From assembly GCF_004010195.1 (NCBI RefSeq), contig NC_057728.1, forward strand, positions 54,211,607 to 54,275,606: a stretch of 64,000 bases of DNA. Reading direction: 5' to 3'. The notes below the pieces were generated by a model. It was not told where the DNA came from. It ran no database searches and worked only from the letters and a program-made list of their open reading frames with translations. Shown here one piece after another: positions 13,008 through 24,520 of the stretch. The DNA is from Chiloscyllium plagiosum (taxonomy: Eukaryota). The stretch's first letter is position 1, and each line of letters begins with the position of its first letter. Both the position numbers and the translations under genes were made by a program.

Positions 13008-13164
13008 ATGGATGTAGTGAATGCTTTCCAGACTGGAACTTCCTTTCAGGGAGCTCTAAGGCGGCAACCTTCCATCGCCAGCCAGCACCATGATGTAACA
13101 AATGTTTCTACCCCTACACATGTAGTGTTTACTGCTGCCACTACTGCTTCTACTACTGTGGGGT
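13008..13164 (+). CDS. ATP2B1: ATP2B1 alternatively spliced site-C exon (MDVVNAFQTGTSFQGALRRQPSIASQHHD/VTNVSTPTH/VVF...TTVG)
   Basis: cttgcag| acceptor and |gtgagt donor. Internal GT donors after 87 and 114 nt match the PMCA1c/d positions. The sequence is PMCA1-specific. Confidence 0.93.
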
Positions 13165-14327
13165 GTGAGTTTTTCTTAGTGCATGACATTAACATTTCCT
13201 GAACCACATGCCTAACGTTTCTCATTTTCTCCCTTAGTACCCTCCAAACTTCATTTGTTTCAGTCTGTTCATGCAGTTTTCTTATGTGGTCACCAAGTCT
13301 TCAGATTTTATTTTCTTTGAGGGTTAGAACTCTTTAAAACTTGCAGAAAAAAATTGAAGGCTGAAATGGTCCTGCCAAATTTCAATACATAATTTGCATT
13401 AATATTCAAGTGCCTGTGTAAATGTTTGAGTATAAGCCCAGTTTTCAAGGTCCTTTATTTCTAATGTATAAAATGCCATTTTTAACAAATCCATAAACAA
13501 TTGTTCTACTTATTAACAATAGATTTTTATCTCTACATTAATCAGATTCCGTGTTGGGCTGTATATTGCATACTTTTTTTTCTAGGTCTACATGTTTTCT
13601 GTTACAGCAACAAGAATGAAACTGAACACTTTGTGAGCAGCTTTTTACAGCATTTGCCATATTTTGTGGAACTCAACTAGTTTTTCTTTCCTTGCCTTAT
13701 GTGCCTGAGTTAGTAAATGATTGTGCAATGTTTCCATGCAAACAGCCAAATCCATATTTCAAAGGAACAATAAGATCACACATTGTTTTCTGAATTTACT
13801 GTACTTCAAACTCAATCATATCAACTATCTTTTTGACTTTTAATAGTTTAAGGGGTTTGGCTACTTGTTTCTGTCCTAGCCTATTTGTTTGTATTACAAT
13901 ATTTTGTGCATTGGTTGAGTATTCTAAGAAGCAAGTTGTTCTGTTCAGTAGAATTGTGCTCAACTTGTGTAACTGACTGAAGTGTAAATCCTTGGAATTC
14001 TTAAACGTAGTCTGTCTTGTGGCTTTTTTATCCAAAATTTGAATTCCATAATTCTGAAGTTGATAAAGCAAAGTCCATCCTGGGATTGTCCAAGACTTAT
14101 GAATAGTTCTACTCACTCCAGTTTAAGATGAATGATAAACTGATTATGGTCCTTTATCTCCACTTAATTGACTACCTGGATTGGTGTCAGGAAAGAAATG
14201 ACTACTAGATTTTTTTATATGTTCCAAACTAATTCGTGCTGCTTCTGAGCACAATGCAATCCTACCCTGGTTTGATAAATCACTTCCTCTTTTCATTCCT
14301 AATACTATAAATTTCCTTCGGATTGCT

Positions 14328-14548
14328 AGTGTGGGGTGCTGGAAAAGCACAGCAGGTTAGGCAGCGTCAGGAGCAGGAACATGAATATTTTGGGCAAAAG
14401 CTCTTCATCAGCAATCAGCCCACTTCCCTGATGAAAGGTTTTTTGTCAAAAAAGTCAATTCTCCTGCTCCTCAGAAGCTGTCTAACCTGTGCTTTTCCAG
14501 GACCACACACTTGACTAATCTTCAGCATCTGCAATCCTCACTTTGGCC
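14328..14548. mobile_element. Decayed fold-back Penelope-like element fragment with hammerhead-like cores
   Basis: Inverted arms homologous to 43381-43595. CTGATGA is present in both arms. Confidence 0.75.
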
Positions 14549-15480
14549 TAATGAAAAGAGCTTAGCTTTGCTAAATATGTTCTGTATCAATCTTTGCTCG
14601 TTGCAGTTCAAATTCTGTAGTGATGGAATAATCCTGTTTGACTTTGTATGTATTGAATTCCAGGTTGACAATTAATTTTTCTTAAAAGAAATCCAATCTG
14701 TTTTCCTGATTATCGTGCAAGGACAGTAACAGGGCTACTTCTAGACCAGTTGAGGAAGCATAAGCACCTAAAACATTTGCCACTTTTGGAATTCATTCTT
14801 TTCATCAGATCAATGATCAGAAGTCTAATAGCAGACATTGTATGATAACAGTAAACTATATATTTGTATGAAATTTTGCTTCATAAAGTCTCTGAATGCA
14901 TTGGCCTTTCTTCTCCACCTCTTTCTCTCCCTTCTGTCCTCATCCTTGTCGTTCTTTCCCTCCCTCAATACAATTTAAATTCCATGTAAATAGCATTGGG
15001 CATATACATGAACATTTGCACAGGTTCTACTTAGGATTTTCGCATGTTTCATTTTCTTAATGCTGTGTTTATCTTAGGCTTGGCTTTTTATCATAGTCAG
15101 TGGCATCCTAAACCCACGCATGAGGTGGTCCTGTTTTGTAGCTCATGTTTTGCATTTTTGAAAATTTTTGGTAAAGTGAGGTTCATGAATCTTGGGAGCT
15201 GGTAAGTATTGCTGCATTAACTGCTTTGTTTGTATTTTATGGTACATCAGCTTAAGTGCTTACACCAAGGTAACATGCTTGTTTAAAGATTTTATTTACT
15301 GTTCTAAACGGTCTTAAAAGTTCTTTCCAGTTCTTCAACTTCCACTGCATACTGCACGATACAGATTTCAAATGTTGCTATGTAACTGGATTTCAACTCC
15401 ATGCAGCTTAATCATTCTGTAACATTATCAGACCTAATCCGTTACTTCAAATATCTGACACTGTGTATATTTTCTTACAG

Positions 15481-15789
15481 CTCAGAGTGGTGAATGCATT
15501 CCGTAGTTCTTTGTATGAAGGATTAGAGAAACCAGAATCTCGCAGCTCAATCCACAACTTTATGACGCATCCAGAATTTAGAATAGAAGATTCTGACACT
15601 CACATCCCTCTAATTGATGAAAGTGGTGATGAAGAAGCACCAACAAAACGTGATACCTCACCTAGATTATCTCTCAATGAAAACAACAATGCTGTTGACA
15701 GTGGGATCCATCTTACAATCAACACAAGCAAGTCTGCTACCTCTTCAATCCCAGGAAGCCCACTACATAGTCTGGAAACGTCTCTCTAG
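15481..15789 (+). CDS. ATP2B1: ATP2B1 last coding exon, b-isoform frame ending ...[10 protein letters not shown] (PDZ-binding motif); the a-isoform frame stops at 15506
   Basis: tcttacag| acceptor at 15480. Translation [38 protein letters not shown]... matches the PMCA1b tail. Confidence 0.97.
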   Translation, partial: LRVVNAFRSSLYEGLEKPESRSSIHNFMTHPEFRIEDSDTHIPLIDESGDEEAPTKRDTSPRLSLNENNNAVDSGIHLTINTSKSATSSIPGSPLHSLETSL

Positions 15790-17900
15790 TGTAAGCAGAA
15801 TGTTAACAGACTAGATCGAGTGAGCTACAAGAAAAGAAAATTGGGTCTTTTTACACTGTGTGATTGACAAGATATTCTTGTCTTGGACTTCAACAGAAGA
15901 CACACCAAGAATGTAGATACTTAAGCTTTCTGCCAGACTAAGGGTGCTTTTGGAACTCCAAGTGACACACCAACCTGGTATAAAAATGACTTGCTTTGAG
16001 GATTTGTTCTGTAACAGAGGATGAAAAATCAACTTGTAAGAATTGTCCTGAGCAGTGTGTTAGCTGAACATTTAGTTTTTCTTGATTTTTCTGGATGGTG
16101 TTTTTCAGGCCCTGCCTCATTGATACTTTAATTTCTGCTACTTGGCTGTTAATATTTTTGAATTATTTATGTTTTAAATAACGCAGTTCTGTTTACAAGG
16201 TTTGTAGATACTTCTGTTTGTAGGTAGGTGGCTTCCTGACACACGATGCAGAGAAACTAATCCTTCAAATACTACTGGTATTTTCAGGAAAAAGGGTGTT
16301 TCAATTGAAACTGTACTAAATATGCCTGTGATTTACTTGTTAAATATTGTAGATAAAAAGCATAACTTGTAGCCAAATAATAGATAACACTACTAACATA
16401 CAATACTTAAGCATTGTTTTATGGTCCCTTTCCCAATGAAGCCCCTAAATACTTGCACAGATTTTTCAATGATTGTTTCAGAATCTAGTTTCTGGGAAAT
16501 GAACTGCAAAGATTTTCTCTACACAAATGAGTATGGGTGAAATGTTAAGTGGAAGAAAACAGCCATGTATAATGAGATTCTTCAGAGTATTTGTCAACTC
16601 ATCAAATGGATTAAATCAAATGCATCATAACTTTAGTCTATCTGTGTTTGTCCTTAAATGTTAGATTTGTTCAGATGTGAGCACGGCTTTTTTTGTTAAA
16701 TTTGCTATTCTAGCACCCGTGCTGATGACAACTTTGAAAATCTGTTCTTTTATAGCATTCTTTGTTTAATGATTCAATAGAGTATCTTTCTCCAGTTAAC
16801 CATTTTTTCTGCCCTTTGGGCATATCAGAAATTATTGGGGGTGGAGCACAATGCATTGCATCACGTAAATACATTTGATTTCAAAGTGGATAACCTTTTG
16901 TGGATCATGATTTTAAATGAAAAGGCTGGAGTACAGTGCAAAACTACTGAAGCATTCAGTTGCACTGGTTTTCGACGTGGTGCATTTTGATAAATTCCGA
17001 TGTTTTAGAAATGGTGTGGGGTGGGATGATTGGCAAAAAATCCTAAGTCATTGTGACATCTCTTAGGCAGGGGAACTCCACAACTGCTTCAGTGAGGCAG
17101 TGTAGTAATATTTCTGCACTTGTGTAGATAAATGTATATAGAACTAATTTTCTTTGAACATCCCACTGCAGCAAGACTTCTGAAAGTTAATTAAATTTGG
17201 TGCTTTCAGAAAAGACAAGTACATGAATAATAAAGATTTGGAGGGATATGGAGCAGGCAGGTGGGACTAGATTTAGTTTGGGATTAAGTTCAGCATGGAC
17301 TGATTGGACCAAAGGTCTCTTTCCATGCTGTATGACTCCATGTACTACATTTCACTGTTACAGAAAAGCATTATATTTTTATTGTAACGTGATGGGGTGG
17401 CAGGGGAAGTGGTACTTAAATATCTCATTGTACAATCGGATATTTGAGTTAAGTTTATAACTCCCTATGTATCCTAAATACTTTTTTGCAGGTTTGGAAG
17501 AATAAAATATAAAGTCTAGTGAATTTAGCATTGTGTCCCATTTTGGCCATTACAGTAATTTATATATTACTAATGCCAGCGGAGTGTCTATTTTGGAACC
17601 AATTATTAAATGTTTAACCAATCAACTAAAATGTCAAACTTCCGTGTCAGGTGTTCTTTAACTTGTACAAAATGTGTGCTGTGGGAGGTATATTGAACTG
17701 TAATGGTAACCTTTGGATGAATGATCCAAGATGCTACTATTGTAGCAATATTTAAAATGGAAAATATGCCTGTGGATGAGTTTCTAATGTGTACATATTT
17801 CAAGAAATGAGTTCAATGAAGATGAACACTAATCAAAATTAGACTGTAAAGACAATGTACAAAGCTGTTAAAAGCTGCATGCCTTCTGTTATTGAGCACT
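15790..17900 (+). other. ATP2B1: ATP2B1 3' UTR (3' end uncertain; candidate AATAAA at 17501-17506)
   Basis: Repeat-poor AT-rich sequence after the stop codon. The poly(A) site cannot be fixed from sequence alone. Confidence 0.55.
17210..17345 (+). mobile_element. CR1 3' tail inside or near the ATP2B1 3' UTR
   Basis: ttggagggatatgg...gggactaga...ttccatgctgtatgactc matches the CR1 tail. Confidence 0.75.
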
Positions 17901-18957
17901 TTGCAATTTTATATTGAAATTTAGTGCAAGTTGAGTTATTTAACAAGAACAATTTCTCAATCGTTTGTCTACCTGCTGAGTCTGAGCTACATTGTGTACT
18001 CCAGCTATGTCTGAAATTCCCTACAGTTTATACATCCCTTTTTGTGAGCTTCTGCAGTTGACCAAACCTTTGGTCATCCACTTTCTTGATTATCTACTGC
18101 TTGACATCAAATTATCCACAACAGCCTAGGTCATTTTTTTTTACTGTATTAAATACTCATTTTGAGTTCTGGCACCTTAGTTGTTCGTTGTCTTCAAAAG
18201 TGAGCTAACAAATTTAAACAGCCCTTCTTGATCTGTCATATCCAATTGCATTGCCAGTTTATTATTTGCTGTTGTCTAGTAACTAAATTGCATATCTTCA
18301 ACATTCATTCCTGATCGTTGTACTAATCCGTTTCCTCAGCAAAATTGGAACCTCCATTAATTGATTAACAATGCTAACCAATTGGAATACTGAAATACTT
18401 AGAACAACTTAAGATCAGTTATATATTATGATTGGACATCCTTCAGAATAAATCTGATTTTAGGGCACAGAAAAAAGAATCTGATTTTAGTTCCTGATCA
18501 CTACAGAAAGTACTCCATTTGTGTAGGTTTTTTATACAGAGCTGATAGGATGTGATTCCTCTGCATGTTAATTAGAAATCATGAACTGATTTTTGGACTA
18601 TATAAAACAAATGTTTGGTTTTTAAGCTTTTTACCAAGTTGATGACTTAACTGGAAGTCTAGTAAAATTCATAACTGTACAAACCCATACACCTTTACAG
18701 CATCTGACAAACTCTCCAGTTCAAGAAGGGAAGTGATTGAGAAGTTAGAGCTGTTTCCAGTTTTAGAATTGTTTTTCTACTACAATGTGGGTCTGCATGA
18801 TCAATTGTACCATTATAAATCAAAATTGAATTGATAGTTCTCATTGTCATCTCTTCAAATCAACTTATTTTGGTGGATAAACCAGCATCTTTAATTTTCT
18901 ATCTGCAGTTCCTTGGAACAGAGTACAAGTGGCTTTTAAAATTGACAATCCTGCATA

Positions 18958-19916
18958 AAGTTTAAAAATCATAACACCAGGTTATAGTCCAACAGGTTTA
19001 TTTGGAAGCACTAGCTTTTTGAGTGCTGCTCCATCAGGTAGCTGTGGATCCAGGACCGTAAAGACACAGAATTTAGTTTTTTTTTTAAAAAAACCATGTA
19101 ACTTGAAACAACAGCAATCTAGGTTTGTTCAATACATTTAAGTCTTTCATCTTTTAGAATGGATGGCAGGTTTCAGTTCATTCACATGTAAATCCCAGCA
19201 TTTAAGTCCTGTTCGAGATAGTTGAAATCTGTTAAATTCTGACAATGCATTAAAGTGTGAGGTTAAAGTCTATTTCCCAATCATGGGACATACTGGTTCT
19301 ATTTCCAGTGTAACACTTTATAAATACCATGGATTAACTGCCTGCAGGTGGTTTTGCTCAAAGCGCACAATCTGCAAATGCAAATTCACCCCATAGACTG
19401 TGTTTGAGTGAGTGTGAGATGGACATAAGTCTTGAGGTGAATTTGCATTTGCAGATACATTCTTTTGTGTGCTTTTTTTCCACAATCTCTGCAGGCAGTC
19501 AACCCATTTAATATTTTTATAAATTCCACTTTGGAAATAGAATCAAATCTGACTCCAGATTGGGAAACAAATGCTAACATTTTGCCTTTTAATATGTTGT
19601 CAGAGCTGAAATCTTTTTCTTTGTAACATGTTAAGTTTTATATTGAATGTTTTAAATTCTGGGATTTACATGTGAATGAACCAAAATCTGCTACCCATTC
19701 TAAACTATGTAAGACTTAATATATTGAACAAACCTTGATTGTTGTTTGTTTCAGTTACTTTTTTTTTAAACCATAAATTGTCTTATCTTGCTCCCCAGCT
19801 ACCTGATGGAGCAGTGCTATGAAAGCGAGTGCTTCCAAATAAACCTGTAGGAGTATAACCTGGTGTTGGGTTTTTTAACTTTGTTCACCCCAGTCCAACA
19901 CCAGCTCCTCCACATC
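18958..19916. mobile_element. Long fold-back element (~430-bp arms), PLE-like family with ttggactataacctggtg termini
   Basis: Arms 18958-19390 and 19432-19882 are diverged reverse complements, followed by an unpaired ~34-nt tail. Confidence 0.75.
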
Positions 19917-21095
19917 CATCCTAGATAGTTTATCCTCTGCCAAGATGAATAAGCTCTTAATTCTATGTTCTCAAAAGATATAAATAGAGTTGAGGACCTT
20001 TTTTCATTAAAGGTGGTAGGGATCTGGAACTGTTCAAGGGTAGTAGTGATGAATCAACTTTTTTTCTTTTTTAAAAAAAATCACAGTTCAAGCAGACAGT
20101 CAGCTGGGCTGTAGACCTAATGGATGAAGGTGAGATTAGGTTGGGTGACTGTATATTGACCCCCAACAGAGACATTTTTCCTTCCCCCCCCCCCAAAGGA
20201 TGTGGGTGTAGTTAAAAATGTCAATATGTTGATGCCTAATTATCTTTGAACTGCTGCAGTCCGTCTGCTGTTTCTACTGGGCAGGTATTTATGAACAAAT
20301 ATTTTGAAAGGCCAATGTGGAGTTCTATCGGGATGGTATGTCAGTGTTCCCACACTTCTGTCCTTGTCCTCAAGTTCTGGTTTTAGAAGATGCTGCCAGA
20401 GGTCTTGGTTGGTTGTTGTCGTGCATCATGCATACATATGCAGTGGCAACCTACACATTTATGCTCTCTACCACTAATGTATCATGAATTATGAGCAGAA
20501 ATAGACACCTAAAACCTGTTCTATCCTCCAATAAGATCATGGCTGATCTAATTACACCACATTCCCACCTTAACTCCTTTTCCCTCTCATCAAATTTACC
20601 TACCTCTTCTATACCGTTCAGGCGCACACCTGAAAAGGCTATAGAAGCAGTGTTCCAACAATGTTGCCACCTTCTATGCCCCTCTTTATTTTAAAAATGA
20701 CCATCGTTTTAATTCTCCAACGAAATGTACTTTTCACATGTCAAGATACTTCCAGATATAATGTTGCAAAATAAATTAGCTAAGAGGCAAACTATAGCCT
20801 CCACGTTGCTGCAGACAGAGCTGAACATATAAACTATCAATGGTAGACTTCAGGATGATGGGGACTTGGTGCTGAAAATGCATTGAATGTTGTGATGAGA
20901 TTGAGATTTTTCTCTTTGAAATGGTCATAGCCTAGCACTTGTCATCCCATTTTATTGTGACCTTATTGTCTCTAGTGGCATGACTTCTCAGGAGTTTCAC
21001 AGTAATGTGAAAGGAATACAGTTAAGATGTATGATCCATTGGTCTGTTTTGTCTGGGCCTTCACTTCTTGGCCAGCTAAGCTTTGTTTCTGCTTT

Positions 21096-21266
21096 GGAGA
21101 TGCTGGTGTTGGACTGGGGTGTACAAAGTTTAAAAATCACACCACCAGGTTATAGTCCAACAGGGTTAATTGGAAGCACATTAGCTTTTGGGGTGCTGCT
21201 CCAAAAGCTAGTGTGCTTCCAATTAAACCTGTTGGACTATAACCTGGTGTTATGATTTTTAACTTT
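21096..21266. mobile_element. Short palindromic copy of the same family as 18958-19916
   Basis: ~65-bp arms within 21125-21266, with the unpaired tail on the left. Confidence 0.8.
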
Positions 21267-21593
21267 TTGTTTCTGCTGGTCTCTCTTCCAAAGCCCTTCA
21301 ATACAGCCTGACAGTCTTTTGTAATACAAGATTGCATGCCCAGGCGGTTGTGGCAAATAGCTGTTTCACAGTATAAGGAGGTCTTTTGAGACCATGTACC
21401 CATTGACTGTAGTTGAGGTAGTGAATGTCATTGAGTTAGCAATGAATATACGCTGATTAAACTAGTATCTTCCAGGCTACCAGTGACCTTATCCTGACCA
21501 GATGCTGAAGATAGATATTAGACAGTAATAATCTATTTCTTTTTATTTGTTGAACACCTCTTGAGCTATAAGAGACTAGAAAATCTTGTTTTC

Positions 21594-22062
21594 TGTTGTG
21601 GTTCTGTTCGCCGAGCTGGGAATTTGTGTTGCAGACGTTTTGTCCCCTGTCAAGGTGCTCCTGTGAAGCGCTTCTGTGATCTTTCCTCCAGCATTTGTCG
21701 TGGTTTGAATCTGTCTCTTCCGGTTGTCAGTTCCAGCTATACGTTGCAGTGGCTGGTATATTGGGTCCAGATCGATGTGCTTATTGATTTGAATCTGTGG
21801 ATGAATACTTATTCAATCAATAAGCACAACGAGCTGGACCCAATATACCGACCACTGCAACAGACAGCTGGAACTGACAACCGGAAGCGGCAGATACAAA
21901 CCACTATAAATGCCGGAGGAAACATCACAGAAGCGCTTCACAGGAGGCTCCCAAGCACTGAGGATATCATCTAGACGGGATGAAACATCTGCAACACATT
22001 CCCAGCTTGGCGAACAGAACCACAACAACGAGCACCCGAGCTACAAATCTTCTCTCAAACTT
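21594..22062. mobile_element. Fold-back Penelope-like element 3' end
   Basis: ~200-bp inverted arms. The right arm encodes SINKHNELDPIYRPL, resembling the C-terminus of PLE GIY-YIG ORFs, and has a hammerhead-like motif at 21958-21989. Confidence 0.8.
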
Positions 22063-23234
22063 TTGTTTTCTCCTAAGCAACTGCAGGGAGATGATAAAAA
22101 GGTAAAGATTTTACAATCTTTAAGTTGAAATGTTGAGGTGGTTGGGGTGGGGGGGGGGGGTTTCAAAGGAGATGAGACTTTTTTAAAGTGTGGTAGTTAC
22201 CTGGAATGTGCTGCCAGGGTTGTGGAGGAGGCAAATACAAAAGGGGGTTTTAGACAAGCCTATGAATGTGCAAGGAATGGAGGGATATGGATCAAGAGCA
22301 GGCAGAAGAGATTAGTTTAATTTGGTGTCATGTTTGGCACAATATCATGGTCGGATGACTACAGCACAGGAACAGGCTCTTCCAGGTTTTTGTCATTATC
22401 AAGAAGTGTGCTAAGATCAGACTTTATAGACTAGTGGTTTGCTGCTGTTCTATACTTGGCCTCTGCATGAAAGCTGCAGCTTTTGCAATCTACGCTAATT
22501 TCAACATCAAGTGATGTTCCTGGAGCTTGTGGAACCTGGCAGCCTCTACTACCACATTACCATGCTATCACTTATCAATGTTGACTATCAAATGACTATG
22601 GATACCTGTCATTTCACACTTGTTTTTCTTTGTGGGAATGTGGAACATTCCTTTTTGATAAATCAATGATGTCATTTTTACTGATTGCAAGGGATGAGAA
22701 ATTGTAAAAAAAAAAAAAAAAATAATCTGTTTTACTTCCAATTTGTATCCTTCCCTCACCTGGGCCATCTGACCTTTTTTTTTGGTGCTTTGTGTTCAAT
22801 TCTGGGGATTTGTTTTCCACCAGTATCTACTTCAAACCTGCTGGCTTCTGCAAGGACTCAATTTAATTTCACTTAGTTTCTGTCTCTTCCACAGTGGTGC
22901 CTCTGACATGTTGATGTCATTTTTCTGTTGCAAGGATTTCCTCCACTGCCACAGTGCTGTTCTCTTTTCTCTTCCCAACCTCCTCCTACCACCCTTCCAC
23001 TACTGAGAATAAGATTCCACTTGTCCTCAATTTGTGCCTTAGCATGTAATCACAGAAGGTTTAACACTTGCTATTTACTACTGCCATCCTGACTGTCCAA
23101 GGTCTCAAAACCAGTTTCCAGGTCAATCAGTTTGCTTGTACTAAATTGTCTATTATACTGTGTTCACTTTATGTAGTCTCTTTTGTATTTGCAAAATTAA
23201 ATGTGGACTTGATCATCACATTGGGATTAGCACA

Positions 23235-23738
23235 TTTTGAGAAGATTCGTAGCTCGGCTTGAGGTTTTGGATGTAGGTTTGCTTGCTGAGCTGCAAGGTT
23301 CATTTCCAGATGTTTCATTACCCTACTAGGTAACGTCAGTGGGCCTCAGGCAAAGCAATGCTGAAAATTCCTGCTCTCTATTTGTTTGGATTTCTTTGGG
23401 TTGGTGATGTTTATTTCCTGTAGTGAACTCCCTATTCCTTTTCTCGGGGGGTGGTAGAGTGGGGGTCTAACTCAAATTCCTAGAAGCATGGCATTCCAAC
23501 TGAAACTCCTAACTGTGTTTGTTGATAGATCCCATCTACCACCCCCTGAGAAAAGGAACAGGAAGTGAGTTCACTGCAGGAAATAACATCACAGGAAATG
23601 GCATCACCAGCCCAAACAAAAGAGAAAGCAGGAATTTTCAGCATTGCTTTTGCCTGAGGCCCACTGAAGATGTTACCTAGTGCGGTAACAAAATGTCTGA
23701 AAATGAACTTTACAGCTCAGTGAGCAAACACAACATCC
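23235..23738. mobile_element. Fold-back Penelope-like element 3' end (related family)
   Basis: Inverted arms within 23269-23738. The spacer encodes KFLEAWHSN (23474-23500), and there is a hammerhead-like motif at 23664-23697. Confidence 0.8.
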
Positions 23739-23779
23739 TCATGTGACAGATGTATACTGTCCATAAATAATAAATTACA

Positions 23780-24520
23780 ACACAAAAACAGGCCCTCCAC
23801 ATCTGTGCTGATCCAGATCCTCTCTATAAACCTATAGCCTATTTCCCAAGGCTCTATATCCCACTGCTCCCTGCCTATTCATCTATCTGTCTAGATAGAT
23901 AGACCTTTACCAGCTCCACTGCCAATTTAGAGGTAAGCACAAAGTACCCACTACCATCATGACAATATAGACAATCACTTTCCATGCATTATCTCCCTTA
24001 AACATTACCCCTTAGCTTGAACTTGTGACACTTAATTAAGTTTCCCCTACTCTCTTTGAGGGAGGGAAAGAACAGAAGAGAGAGGTAGAGGGGAAGGGAA
24101 GAGAAAAGCTTTTTGCTCTTCACACTTAGGTCTACAAAATCATGACAATATAGACAATCGGGTTCCCCTCTTTTCCCCCACCTCCAACTCTCTACTCAAC
24201 CTCTTTGTAGCTAGTGCACTCTATACCAGGCAACATTCTGACGTACCTGCTCTGTACCCTCTCCAAAGCATCCATATCCTTCTGGTGATGTAGTGACGAG
24301 AGCTCTGTGCAGTATTCCAAATATGGCCAAACTAAAGTCCTATACAACTAATAGTACCTGCCAACCCTTGTACTCCATACTCTGTCTGATGAAGGAAAAC
24401 ATATCATATACTGTCTTGACCACTATTGATTTGCATTGTCACCTTCAGGGTACAATGGATCCAAACACCCAGCTCTCTGTACATTAATTTTTCCTAGGGA
24501 TTTTTTTATTTACTGTATGG
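23780..24520 (-). mobile_element. Old CR1 3' fragment
   Basis: Reverse complement resembles the CR1 RT C-terminus and tail. Confidence 0.65.

Noticed and set aside
13165..13202. Read-through of the site-C exon to an intronic stop (CEFFLVHDINIS*)
   Set aside because: A strong gtgagt donor is present and there is no evidence for a terminal exon or nearby poly(A) signal.
21137..21403. Mirror-image ORFs containing ITPGYSPTGLIGSTLAFG on both strands
   Set aside because: Artefact of the DNA palindrome.
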